DNA of 63,352 nt, the filler included, from Reticulomyxa filosa (Eukaryota; Protista; Foraminifera), in the NCBI GenBank assembly GCA_000512085.1. It is 23 parts of 23 records of this genome, joined end to end, with 100 filler letters (N's around TTAATTAATTAA, not from the genome) between each part and the next. Parts side by side here need not be neighbours in the genome. Positions count along the whole stretch, not along the records: positions 5,117 to 12,127 come from ASPP01014659.1; positions 12,228 to 13,458 come from ASPP01002327.1; positions 13,559 to 15,388 come from ASPP01002003.1; positions 15,489 to 16,876 come from ASPP01019639.1; positions 16,977 to 18,582 come from ASPP01003840.1; positions 18,683 to 19,805 come from ASPP01013979.1; positions 19,906 to 21,632 come from ASPP01024274.1; positions 21,733 to 27,368 come from ASPP01007922.1; 15 more parts are not named here. One strand, written 5' to 3'. Numbering within the stretch: position 1 is the first letter of the stretch; each line of letters opens with the position of its first letter. Below, piece after piece: positions 12,049 to 24,307 of the stretch. The position numbers were made by a program, and so were the translations under genes. The notes under the pieces were generated by a model. That model was not told the origin of the DNA and searched no databases. It saw nothing but the letters and a program-made list of their open reading frames with translations.

Positions 12049-12227
12049 GTTAATTCATCTATTAAAATTCACTTTTTTTTTTTTTTTTTTAAGTGTTTAA
12101 AAATAGACCTTATACTCCCTCCCCCCCNNNNNNNNNNNNNNNNNNNNNNNNNNNNNNNNNNNNNNNNNNNNTTAATTAATTAANNNNNNNNNNNNNNNNN
12201 NNNNNNNNNNNNNNNNNNNNNNNNNNN

Positions 12228-12950
12228 ACTTTGCCATTATTATTGTCCTTGTTATTATTGCTTTGTAATGGTGAAATATCGACACACTCAACAATATTTT
12301 CATGTCCATTGAACACATGTAATGATTTTGATGTTTCAACATCCCATAAACGAATTGTTTTGTCACCTGATCCAGAACACAAATATCTACCACCATTAAA
12401 TGGTGAAAATTCAATTCCACAAACATCTTTAGTGTCCATTTAATATTTGTAATTGTTTATTATGTTTGAAATTCCAAAAACGAATGGTTTTGTCACTTGA
12501 TGAAGAACAGATGATATTTTGACGATGATTATGATAATAATATAATGAAAATTTCACACAATTCACAGATTCTGAATGTCCATTGAGTGATTGAATTTGT
12601 TTGTTGTTATCAACATCCCATACACGAATTATTTCATCAGTTGATCCGGAGCAAATGAATTGACAATTATCAAATATTGTGTAATCAACACTCCTTAAAC
12701 CCCTTGTATGTTCAGTGAATGTATTAATTAATTTGGATGATGAGCGAAATGTGTCAAACATGAATACAGTAGATATCTATGTTAAATAGACATTTGAATA
12801 TTTTGGTTAGTGTTTAAAAAAAAGAAAGAACAAATCAACTAACATAATTGATAACAAGTTTATCAAAATTTTTGATCCATCCTAATTTGATATTTAATAT
12901 TCGAATCCAATGATGAACAATTATTTGGATCTCTTCTTCTTCTTTCGACT
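12228..12950 (-). pseudogene. WD40-repeat protein, partial, frameshifted
   Basis: Repeats 'FICSGSTDEIIRVWD', 'ICSSSSDKTIRFWN', 'YLCSGSGDKTIRLWD'; upstream exon 'EEEIQIIVHHWIRILNIKLGWIKNFDKLVINY'. The frame breaks at about 12430 (GH* continues as TKDVCGIEFSPF in another frame). Confidence 0.75.
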
Positions 12951-14327
12951 GTTTCAATTACATGTAACAACGATAAGTAAAATAAATAATAAAAACTTAG
13001 ACTTAACTTTCATTGATAAGTTTAAGTTCATTCTTGTAACTTTTTAGCTTTCTCTTGAGATGATCTTTGCTAACTTGTTTAGCTTTCTCCTGAGATGCAA
13101 GATGAAAAAAACGCCTGAGCTTTTGTTTATAAAAAAAACTGAACGTGTTGTATATTGTTTTTATTTAATAAAAAAAGGAAAATTTTGAAATGAAAGATAC
13201 ATCATTTTGCATAATATTTGGGTATCATAACAATGAGTAACAACAATTCTATAATGCGAAGATCTTCAAAGTAGAAGGGTAATATAATTTTGAATTTGTG
13301 TAAACGGAAATACTTCACTTAATATTTCACTCTCAAACAATCTTCACCCGGAGGTACTGTTTCAAAAAACAATTGAACATCTTCTTCATTCAAATACCAC
13401 ACTGCTGGGTTTTCTTTGTCTTGCTCCAATCGTATTTGTATCTTCCATTTGTTCAATTNNNNNNNNNNNNNNNNNNNNNNNNNNNNNNNNNNNNNNNNNN
13501 NNTTAATTAATTAANNNNNNNNNNNNNNNNNNNNNNNNNNNNNNNNNNNNNNNNNNNNTAATACAATTCGTTTTTGGGATATTCGGTCAAATAAGAATGA
13601 ATTGTATATGATAAAAGGAAATAATGAATATATAGGAATAACGTGTTTGAAGTTTTTACAATTAAAAAAAAATAAAAAGAAGAGAAAAATCAATGGTGAT
13701 ATTGGTTGTGATATTAATTTGTGTTACGGTTCATTTGGGGGTTTTATTCGTATTTGGGGATAGTGAAGACATCTTGTTGGCTGATCGACTTTGATGACAA
13801 ACTGTATTAAACAGGCTGTTGAGACAAAAGTTATACAACTGTGATTATTGAAATTTAAATACTTAAGCTTAAACAAACAAAAAATAATTATCCTTCCAAA
13901 TGGATGTTCAATAATATACAATGTAAGAAATATGAGACAAAGAAGGGACGATTTGACAATAAAATATATTAGCGTCAAAATAAAGTCAAACCCATTTCTT
14001 ATCAATTTCTTTGAAACTTTAATAAATTTTGCAAATTTGGACTTATAAAGTCGATAAAAATGGACTCGTTCTGTTGAATTAAGACACAATTGAAAATAGC
14101 TTTGATTAGTGGATGCATCACGACGATAAAATGCTCCTGTTTGAATGGTGTGTATATTTGCTTTTGCGATAAGTGTTTGTTCAAATGCTCCACTCTTCAT
14201 CAAATATACTATAATCATTACGTTTCCACTTGCTATCTGATACAACAAATTATTTTTTAATTAATGCTATTTCAAATCATTCTGACTTACTCCCAATAAA
14301 AAAGTCGCACCTTCTTGCAATAATGTT

Positions 14328-14580
14328 TCATAACATCTTCATCAATGAATTTGATAATACAATCTCATTAACCAATTTATCTTTTACATAATCCATTGCA
14401 TATTCAATCCTCTTCATTAGGTATATGGCCCGTTGTTTTAATATCCATTTGCATATATTCATTGCGTCTAAATACTCTTTATTATTTTTATCATTTTTGT
14501 GATTCATAATCAATTCCACGATTTCAATTCCTGATCGTGCTGCTTTATGAAGAACAGTGCAATGACACTTGTATGAATTT
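14328..14580 (-). pseudogene. Ankyrin-repeat-like gene fragment
   Basis: 'TVLHKAARSGIEIVELIMNH' resembles the ankyrin TPLH.AA..G...VELL consensus; surrounding frames are broken. Confidence 0.45.
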
Positions 14581-14900
14581 TCATCTTTTAAATGTTGTAA
14601 AGTATTGTTATTCGAACAAGTATATGCAATATCTTCATTACCATAATTCCATTTTGATTGATAATATGAGTAACACCATCCACTAGTCTGTTTTATAATA
14701 ATTTATTAATTCATTCAATGTACCAAAGTGATATTATCGTCATTGCAAGTCAATTGGATACGAGGATTATATATCAGCAAACCAAATGCAAATAATTCTA
14801 TTTCTTTTTTTTATATTCCCAAACAACAGATATTTTTTTTAGATAATATATACGCAATCGTAGTCTTTATATGTATTCAAAAATTTTAAAACGTTAAAAA

Positions 14901-15155
14901 TCTCATCCTCATTCAATTTCATTGAAATATCTTCAAGTGCTTTTATACATGATCTACGAATATAACCATTCTTATCTTTTAATCAATTGTCTTTCATTTA
15001 ATTTTGTTGTGAGATATCTAATAGATTTTGCACAGAAATAACGAATAAGTTTATTGTTATTTTTGAGTCAATTGATCAAACACTCGAAGATAGCATCGAT
15101 TTGTGTTTCACTTACTTTCATTGTAAGTTTCCTGAGTAATTCTGCACATCTCACT
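14901..15155 (-). pseudogene. HEAT-repeat remnants
   Basis: Fragmented repeats 'VRCAELLRKLTMKVSETQIDAIFECLI', 'FCAKSIRYLTTKLNERQL' and 'LKDKNGYIRRSCIKALEDISMKLNEDE'. Confidence 0.5.
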
Positions 15156-15299
15156 GTGTTTAGTTATTGGTTGTTGAATTTTGATATTCAACACAACAAT
15201 GGTACATACAAATCTTAAAATCAATCAATTTATTATAAAAAATAATTACATTTGATTGTGGATGTTTCAGAAAAAGAAACGAAATAAACTTGTTGTTTC

Positions 15300-15388
15300 G
15301 TTGGAACCGAAAGGGTTTGAATTCCGGGTTTTTAAAAGTTGGAACCGAAAGGGTTTGAATTCCGGGTTTTTTAAAAACCCGGAATTCA
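15300..15388. repeat. 38-bp tandem direct repeat ending in a perfect 16-bp inverted repeat at the contig end
   Basis: Two near-identical copies of gttggaaccgaaagggtttgaattccgggtttttaaaa; tgaattccgggttttt-t-aaaaacccggaattca at 15356-15388. Confidence 0.9.
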
Positions 15389-16994
15389 NNNNNNNNNNNN
15401 NNNNNNNNNNNNNNNNNNNNNNNNNNNNNNNNTTAATTAATTAANNNNNNNNNNNNNNNNNNNNNNNNNNNNNNNNNNNNNNNNNNNNTACATCTGGATT
15501 GTATATTCTCCAAATAGTTAATTCTTCGGTTGATGTAATTATCATTATTATTTTCTTTTTTTACTTCCAAGGTACGTATAATACATTCATGTATGTCATC
15601 TCCAAAAAAAAAAGCTCATTAATTATGCACGTGCCTTTCCTTTTTTGAATCTCGTCCAAAGTGATCTGTCTTTTTAATTAGTCCCGAGTTGACAACAGTA
15701 CCACAGAACAATGAACTCCTTTATGTAGATTTTTTTGTGGTCCTTTTCAAATTGCAACGGAAAAACGAAACACAACTTGCAAACTTGAATGCACATTAAT
15801 AACGAATGATACCATAATCAAAGCAGATGATTTCCAAAAAAGATTCTCCACTTGTTTTGTGTTTTTGTAATACACATCAGCTGACAAAAAAAAGTTATTT
15901 GAAAAGTTACAAAAGGGAAGAGAAAAAGTACACGAAGAAATAAATAAAGTAATTTACACGCTTACTCATAGATTTATTTGACAACCGATTGCAATTGTCG
16001 GAAAAAGAATAAAACATTGCAGGCATTGGATACTGAGAATTTATTTGCTTTTTGGTGGTTGGGCGCCAAATTCTAACAAATAGTGTGTTGTACATGAAAA
16101 TCATTTCTGTTCCAATTATATCCATATGCGTTTACAGTAGAGCCAAACAATAATTTTTCAATTTACAAATCCCAATGTTTGGAAACTTCGTTTCGATAAT
16201 AAAGTTTGATCACACCTGGCAAAAAGTCAACAGATTGTTTTTTTAAGTTGTTAAAAATCAATATGCAATTCAACAAATTGAAAAGTGGAAAAAAAGGGAT
16301 TACAACATAACATACGCGTATATATATGTGCATTATGGTATGCAAACTTGGTCGACGTTCGCCAAGTTTATTTCTTTCCACTGTTGGAGATTTTATGGGA
16401 GAGTCCTTTTTTTTTTTTTTTAATTGTATCTTTTTGACAAGAGATCACAACTGGTTATTGTATACGTTGTTTCCCCCCTCTTAGCGACTACTTTTTCATC
16501 ATCTACGCAAAAAAAAAAAAAAATAAATTATGTTTGTCAATCCGATCCCCATTCCCGGAATGTTCAGAAATTATAATTTTATCTAAATATTTTTGTCATA
16601 ATAGTAGCAAGTCGCTTTTTTTTTAGGTGTTGCTGAATATGTACATGCCAAATATCGTCGGGTTGATTGTGTATACATTTTTACCTGTGGTTTTTTCTCT
16701 GTTTTCTTGTATTCAGTATTAGACATTTTTCCCATTGATGATAAGGAACTTTTCAACTTCATCCCAAATTTAATCATTACCAATGCCTTGTTTTTCAGAA
16801 TCCTTTTTAATAAGATAGTGAGTGTTCTGGAGAGATTTGAAATGTTTTGAAATGAGTTTGATCACAATAAAGCGATNNNNNNNNNNNNNNNNNNNNNNNN
16901 NNNNNNNNNNNNNNNNNNNNTTAATTAATTAANNNNNNNNNNNNNNNNNNNNNNNNNNNNNNNNNNNNNNNNNNNNAAAAAAAAAAAACACACA

Positions 16995-18582
16995 TTAAAA
17001 AAAAATACAAACCAATTCTTCGCAATATCGAACACACTCTCTAGAGAGTTGGAAGCGATAGAAAGAATCTCCTCTGAGCAAGCGAACAATGTCTCTGGCG
17101 GCATAATCAAAGACGGCGAGCAAAGAGGGCAGAGTGTTGTGAGCATGAGCGTGGGCGCGATTGGATGTGAGCAACAGCATCTGTTGTGCAATGGCGGAGC
17201 TCGACTCGTACGACAGGTTCAATAACGCCACGGCGTTGGGCAAAATGTAATGGGAAGACAAGTAATGGAACATATCCAAGCACACGTTCCAAGCAATGTC
17301 GGCGGACATATCGGTGCAAAGCAACTGCGAATGAAATGTTTTTTGAATCAAACTTGGATAAATCGGTACGTTGTAGCCAAGATCACGTACATGCTTATCC
17401 AATTGATGGACGGATAGAAAGTACTTCAATTGCATATATTCCACCAAAAACAACACATTTTCCAATGACAGTTCTTTCACCAAATGCGACGCAAACAACT
17501 CGAAGCCATTCTTGTCTGCCAAAACCGATTCCAATGAGATTCGAGAACTCTTCTCCATCGCCGCCGCTACTCGACTGCCGCTTGGCTCCCGTATACGCGA
17601 ATTGCTGCGGTTGGGCACGATCAGCAGTGCATCCAACGTCTTATTTTCCACGAGCATAGCGTACTCCTCTTTATACTTGTGTTGCACGCGCAGACAGTTC
17701 CACTTGCAACACGTGCTCTCTTCCAATGGATAGTACAAGTCCTTTGGACGCAACATTATCAGCGCATTTATCGCGTGCAACAGCGCCGCAAATGTCAGTA
17801 GTAACAATTGGCGCTCATACGTAGCGTCTCCAAACATTATCAGTGTCACCACCAATGGGATCGCCCAAAACAGTACATTATACAATATCGCTTTCAGTTC
17901 TCCTATGTATGCATACAATAATGTACGTATACACATATAACTTTTTTTTTTTTATGTACATATATTTGTTTTTTTTTTTTTTTTGTTTTTTTTGGACAAA
18001 CTTTGGATTTCGAATAAATCATGGCAACTTCGTATTTTGTAAGCGCAAACGAAGAGTGCGGTGTCCATAAAGGCGGTGTAGACCACAGCGAAGACGGTGG
18101 CGTCGTTGTAGTTGATTACGAAGCGGATCATTGCACCGATTCCGAAAAAGCCCATAAAATACATCACAAACAAGGCAAGCATAAAGTGCGTGTTCCCCAA
18201 ATACTCTCGGTACCGCAGTGTCCATGGGATCTTTTGTCCGTGCTTCTCGTTCTTGCGAATTATCGTTAGCACTTTCGCCTCATTTGTATTGCTCGTGTGG
18301 GCGTCGATGTTGTTGTCGATATTGTTGTCGTTGATGTTGTTGTCGATATTGTTGTCGATATTGTTGTCGATATTGTTGTCGATATTGTTGTTGATGCTGT
18401 CGGAACTGGCGTTGAAAGTGTCAATATTCGCACTCGTTGTCGTGAGGATATGCAGATTGGCATCCGTGGCGTTGCCTGTAGTTGCTGTGTACGTATCTGC
18501 ATGTGCGGTTATTGTCACCGTATCACACGCGATATCTATCATTGTCAAAACAGGCTGTTGTACATCCACGATATTATTGTCA
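16995..18582 (-). CDS. Transmembrane protein with C-terminal RGS domain (7TM-RGS-like), partial
   Basis: Hydrophobic helices followed by RGS motifs 'SLESVLADKNGFELFASHLVKELSLENVLFLVEY' and 'VFDYAARDIVRLLRGDSFYRF'; intron about 17903-18001. Confidence 0.8.
18305..18395. repeat. 12-bp coding tandem repeat (NIDN)n
   Basis: gatattgttgtc units, encoding INNNIDNNIDNNIDNN on the minus strand. Confidence 0.85.
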
Positions 18583-18865
18583 NNNNNNNNNNNNNNNNNN
18601 NNNNNNNNNNNNNNNNNNNNNNNNNNTTAATTAATTAANNNNNNNNNNNNNNNNNNNNNNNNNNNNNNNNNNNNNNNNNNNNACACACACACACACACAC
18701 ACAAATACACACAAAGACACACTTCGATTCATTTGAATACGTGTATATCACAACACAGAATTGTTTTTGTCGCGCTTTAATATTTTTTATTTGATTCTTT
18801 TTTTGGTCGATTAATGAATTGATTTATGTTGTTGTGTTGTTGTTGGAGTTTGTAACCTGTGTTTA

Positions 18866-19752
18866 CCTCACTCTGTTGGTTATAAGCAATGATGACATTA
18901 TCGATAAGGAAGATGTTGTAATCTCCTGACGAAAATAGATTGTAATGGTACACCAGCTTCATTTCGTCTTGTTTGACTTCCAACATGGTCATTTTTGCTT
19001 TTTGTTTGTCCACAAATATGCAACCAATTTCATCGCCACTGTATTTAGATATTGCCATTACACCGTTAAAGAAAAGACAAGAGTAATTCCAACATATGCC
19101 CCCCCCCCCCCCCTCCTCCCTCCTTCTTCCTTTTTCTTCGATAAAGAGGAAACATTACAACAAAAACATATACACATATATCAAACACACAAACAATTCA
19201 ATGAGGGTAATTTGATGATGAAAATTGGTTTGGCTTAGATCGAAATCGTAGATGTTATTATTACTATTGTTGCTGTTACTTTTATTTCCATTTCTATTGC
19301 TCCCGCTTATCGAATGTCTATGTTTGGATTCATTCTTCCCGGCGCTGTGCTCGGGATTGAATATTTGAAATGGTTTTGTGGGTTCAATTTTTCTGTCTGA
19401 TATTCTCAATCCTGTGAATACGCGATCTTTACTCAACAACAATGCGAATTGCTTCGACGGCTATATTTGCAAAAAAAAAAAAAAAAAACAAGTTCCCCCT
19501 TTCGCAAAAAACACCTTAAAGAACAAACACACATACCAAATACCAATGATATTCACTTTCTATTTTATACGTTGTCACAGCTTGCAAGCGTCTCTTCTGC
19601 ACCAGCAACTGATAAATTTCCAATCCAAAGTGAGTGACAACGAATATATTGCCAACTGATGACACGACCCAGTAAAAATCGCGAATATAATTTTTCTGTC
19701 CTGCGCGACTACATTCTTGCACTGCTATTATCTGGCCTTGTCTTACATCCAT
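18866..19752 (-). CDS. RMC1: Mic1/RMC1 (regulator of MON1-CCZ1)-like protein, internal fragment
   Basis: 'DFYWV...IFVVTHFGLEIYQLLVQKRRLQAV' and 'SGDYNIFLIDNVIIAYNQQSE' resemble RMC1 segments as recalled from the family. Confidence 0.6.
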
Positions 19753-19949
19753 TATTTTCTATCTTTTTCGTATGTGTTCATTTTTTTTTTTTTTTTTTTT
19801 TTTTANNNNNNNNNNNNNNNNNNNNNNNNNNNNNNNNNNNNNNNNNNNNTTAATTAATTAANNNNNNNNNNNNNNNNNNNNNNNNNNNNNNNNNNNNNNN
19901 NNNNNATATATATATATATATATGTATATATATATTACAAATGGAATAA

Positions 19950-21545
19950 TAACTTGGCTTTTTGGAAGAAACAGAGATGCGACTGAAGTCAAACTTGGAG
20001 TCGAAAAGTTGAAAGAAAACGTTTGCTTGCTGTCGCAGCAAAGTAAGAGTGTTTTGCTTATGTGAGTCGTCTGGTCTTTGCAGTGTGGCGTTGTTGTGTT
20101 GTTGGACCATTTGAATTGTGTTATAGTTTTTGATGACTTGCAAAAGGTTGGATTGAAACTCTTTTTTTCCCAATCACAAAGTATTGCATGAACACCTTCT
20201 TTTGCTCTTCATTCAACAGAGACAGTATCCCCAGCAATATGTTCACACGACTGGAAAAGTCTTTGTCATCGTCCTTTGACAACTGTTCCATGTCTCTGGT
20301 TATGTCAATCTCTTCATCTTTGTCTTCGTCTTTCTCTACTGAAAAGGATGCGCTCAATGTGGGCTTATTGCCGCTGTCGATGCCAACGACATGTGTTTCC
20401 AGCAGTTGTTCTATCTTCAATCTTTTTTTTTGTCAGACATACCATACAAAATTCATTGAAGAACAAATCGCGATTTTATGAATGATTATATCACACTATA
20501 TATATATACATATACATATATACATATATATAAACATATACACATATATGTATATAAATCTAACAAACTTGGAAGGCAAATCCAATCGATGGAACTGATC
20601 GACAAGTTTGGGGATAATTGACAAGAAGACCGTATTGTAAAAAGGCAGGCCCGAGTTTTCTCCCCAGAAAGTGGTCACATACTTCCCGAACCAACGCAAG
20701 CAGCTTTCGATGGCCTGCAAGCGGATGGCTGGCTGCGTGTCGACGACGCGATCGACCAAAGCGTCGATGAAAGCCTTGTCCAGTAAGCTCTCATCGCTCA
20801 TGCCAATGGCAAAGGCCTTTTGCACCGCCACGCTTCGCACGCCCTCGTCAAAGTCTCGTAAGCGTCGAATCAAATGGCCCAATAATTCATTGACAAACGT
20901 TCCTGCTTGTTTTTGTACTACTTTATCCAAACACTCGCACATTTTGCATCGAACCTTCATGCAACAACAACAAAGACATTTTTTTTTTTTGTCAAGACTT
21001 TATTGAATTATATAAATATAAATATAAATATATTTATATTTTATATTTTATATTTTAAATATATTTATATTTATATTTATATTTATATTTATATTCATAT
21101 ATTTGTATATGTATTAACTTGAGGCTCTTTATCATCGAAACGCTTCAAATACAAATAAAACAGCGATGACCAATCTTTGTTCAGATCGACTCTAGTTCCA
21201 GGCGCCGAAAAGATTTCTCCGAACATTTGAACGGCGATCACGCGTCTGTCGTTATCTCCGTCTTCCAGCATGCAATGGAGATGAGGGATCAAATCGGCGA
21301 CATATCGAGCGTCAATCCGCTGCAGTTCGACGATCAGTTGCGTTTTCAATTGGTACCGATATTCTTCTTTTTCTTTCGTGTTCTTCTTGTCCTTGTCTTC
21401 GAGCCACTCGAGCCACTTCTCTTTTTCCAACAGTTTGTCCCCTCCTCTTTCGTCCTTGGCTCTCTTTTCTCTCGCCGCTTCGTTCCATTCTTGCTTCATC
21501 TCATTGTTCAGCACTTTTTCCATTTTCCCCCAACTCTTTTCGTTC
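19950..21545 (-). CDS. PDS5: Sister chromatid cohesion protein PDS5, internal fragment, multi-exon
   Basis: 'LIPHLHCMLEDGDNDRRVIAVQMFGEIFS...YLKRFDDKEPQ|VR...LIRRLRDFDEGVR...LVDRVVDTQPAIRLQAI' follows the PDS5 HEAT region. Confidence 0.8.
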
Positions 21546-22150
21546 TTATTACCTTTTTTTTTAAAAAAAAAAAAAGTGACCGAGAATTCACTCTCAAAGT
21601 TTCTCTCTTCGAAAATTGTTTACACACACATANNNNNNNNNNNNNNNNNNNNNNNNNNNNNNNNNNNNNNNNNNNNTTAATTAATTAANNNNNNNNNNNN
21701 NNNNNNNNNNNNNNNNNNNNNNNNNNNNNNNNAAAAAAAAAAAAAAAAAAAAAAAAAAAAGAAAAAAAAAATTATTAAAGGGAATAAATTTGAATGGAGG
21801 TTTGGCTTTATTTCAATTTACGAGCTTTTAATAAAATTAAGCGTTTCAATGTGTTTGGAGAAATTTTTTGGTTTGTTTTTTCTCTTCTTCTAAAAGAAGC
21901 TTGACTCTTTATAATTTGAATCAATTATGTCCGAAAAATGTTTGTAAAGTATATTGTGTGGGTGATTGCTTTATTGAGTTGGCTGATCACAGTGTTAGAC
22001 TCAAAATTGCAGAATATAACTAAAATTAAATACATAATTACCAGAAATTATGATTACAAATCTTTTCACAAATCATTTACGTTAGTAACAAATGATGAGT
22101 TCGTTTTACTCAGAATGAGAATTGTGATATATTGTGTGAAGAAATTTGGT

Positions 22151-22996
22151 ATGCCAGGAAAAAAAAAGAAAAAAGTAAAAGCAAAATCAAAAGCCAAAAC
22201 TAAAGCAAAATCTAAACTAAAAAAAGTCAAACCTGAAAGTTCTGTTGTGGGAAATGATCCTAAAAAAAGTCAAGCACTGATTCAATTCGAGAGAAAATTT
22301 CCAGCTGGAGATGACTGGATTATATTATCATTTTGTCTTGTTCCGTGGGAAGCAAAGGCAATCACAATGTTTTTCAATTTCGAGGAAACAGTTTGTACGC
22401 ACATGAAACTTGAGAGTGTCTACAGGTAGCTATGTCAAGTAAACATGCTTTCTGACATTTTGGACACATAACTAATCAGAATTATGCTTCCAAGAAAATC
22501 TCTTTGTTGTGCACAAGTCCAGAAAACTAAAGGGTTTCTTTGCTTGTTAAAATATAGAATTGCTGAAAAAAAAATTGGAGGAGCAGAAAAATTGATATTG
22601 TTTACAGATCCACCAACTGTAGACAAGCCCATACCAAATTCATGGAAAGGGAAAACTTTGTCTCAATTGGGTTTCACAGGAGGTATTTTCGAAAAAGCAC
22701 CACGACATATTCTGTTTTTTGACTTTGAACCACCACGTTTTGGTTTTGGGACAAAACGCCCGATGGATAATCTCATCCGATCTGATGTCCATCTTAAAAA
22801 AGAAAAGATTTTGTTGGATCCTGTTTTATTAGCAGAACCATCCAAAATAATGCTAAATGAATCTGAGAAATTGAAACAAGAAACGGAGCTGTTCTTACAA
22901 ACAATTCGTTTGCAATCTCGTGGATTTAGCAAGGCTCATTGTAGACAACACAGCAAAACAAATTATGATAAACCAGAATCTAATAATATTCAATGA
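22151..22996 (+). CDS. Hypothetical protein with a Lys-rich N-terminus and a possible ubiquitin-like fold
   Basis: MPGKKKKK start; two ORFs (21938 and 22484) probably joined by an intron at about 22417-22550. Confidence 0.5.
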
Positions 22997-23479
22997 AAAA
23001 CACGCCAAGACCAACAAACGATTCACGGAAAAGAACAGCAATGAAAGCGACATTTGCTGATCATCTTTTGAAATGTAGTATCAATTGTTAATTATGTAAA
23101 AAAAATTCTTAAAGTTTGTTTGCGGATGAATGAAGAAATTTTCTCTCAAAAATATTTAATGTTTAACAAACTTGGACAAGTAAAATTGCAACGAAGATTT
23201 ACGAGTTTCATTACAACAAATCTTCACCATCCTTTGAAATTGGTGAAAAGACTTTGAAAAATGAAGGCCAATAATAAAGACAAATATAGTCAGTAACACC
23301 AATTTCTAAAAAAAAAGGCAACAAATTTGTTTGTGTAAGTGTTTATTTGTGTTTAAAAACACCAAAATGGTGGAAAAAGAAAAGAAGAGCACTCATTACA
23401 AATATTTCACCCTTTTTTCTTAAATTCCACAAATACTTATTTGAGCACTCTCTTCATTTGTGGTTTGAAAATTGCATTT

Positions 23480-24307
23480 TTATTTTCTTGTTTTGTTTGG
23501 GCGTGGTTTATTATGCCCATTGGTTTTTGATTTATCAATTCCATTATTTTTTGATCCGTCCTCATGCTTTGATGCTCCCTGGGCGTGCTTTTCGTCACCA
23601 CGTTCGTTTCTTGTCTCATTTTTGGAGTTACCACGGTTAGCATTGGCGTCCTCTGGTCGCGTCCAATGTCTTTCTCTCACCTCTTTCACCTGTTTCAAAA
23701 TGAATTTCGTTTCATTTCCTGTCTTGCTGTGGAAAGGAACTCCAAAAAATGAATTGTTTCCGGAATCATCCCATCGGGTTGGGTTCACTCCTCGTGGAAT
23801 CAAAGGTCGATATCCTCCTTCATATGATATCCAGATGGTACGCTTTGTGTTGCACAACAACACACAGTTTTGAAAGTGTCAATAATGAACACAGACGAAA
23901 AGAAAATGTTTTTATTTTGATTGCATACTTTTCCTGCGATGGCATTGGACACCAGTTGTTTAATGGTTTGTTGGTCACGCGCAGGAGGAAAGAGTTTATG
24001 TCGTCCTTGTCCACTGGGCTTCTTCTGAATGATACCAGGAATGACATGCAACTGCGGTCGGGATGGCACTGACTGTTGATTAACCAACATGCATCAAACA
24101 TGCACGTATGTGGAGAAAGGTTTTTTATTTTATCGTTTTCCCCTTCTGAAATGATTGACAGAGCAAACTGTTACTACACTGTCTGTTTTCCCTTCGCAAG
24201 ATCTTTCCACGAGGCGTGGGCACGATTTTCACGTTCCACTGCATGGGTCTCTTGAGCTGTTTTATCTGGATGTTTGACGTCTTTACGTTTGTGAGTGTCC
24301 TCAGCAT
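23480..24307 (-). CDS. Hypothetical multi-exon protein
   Basis: Co-directional ORFs 24125-24307, 23800-24090 and 23480-23863 with coding-like composition; no family recognised. Confidence 0.4.

Noticed and set aside
15489-16876. Short minus-strand ORFs
   Set aside because: No recognisable motif and frames are broken; cannot support a gene call.
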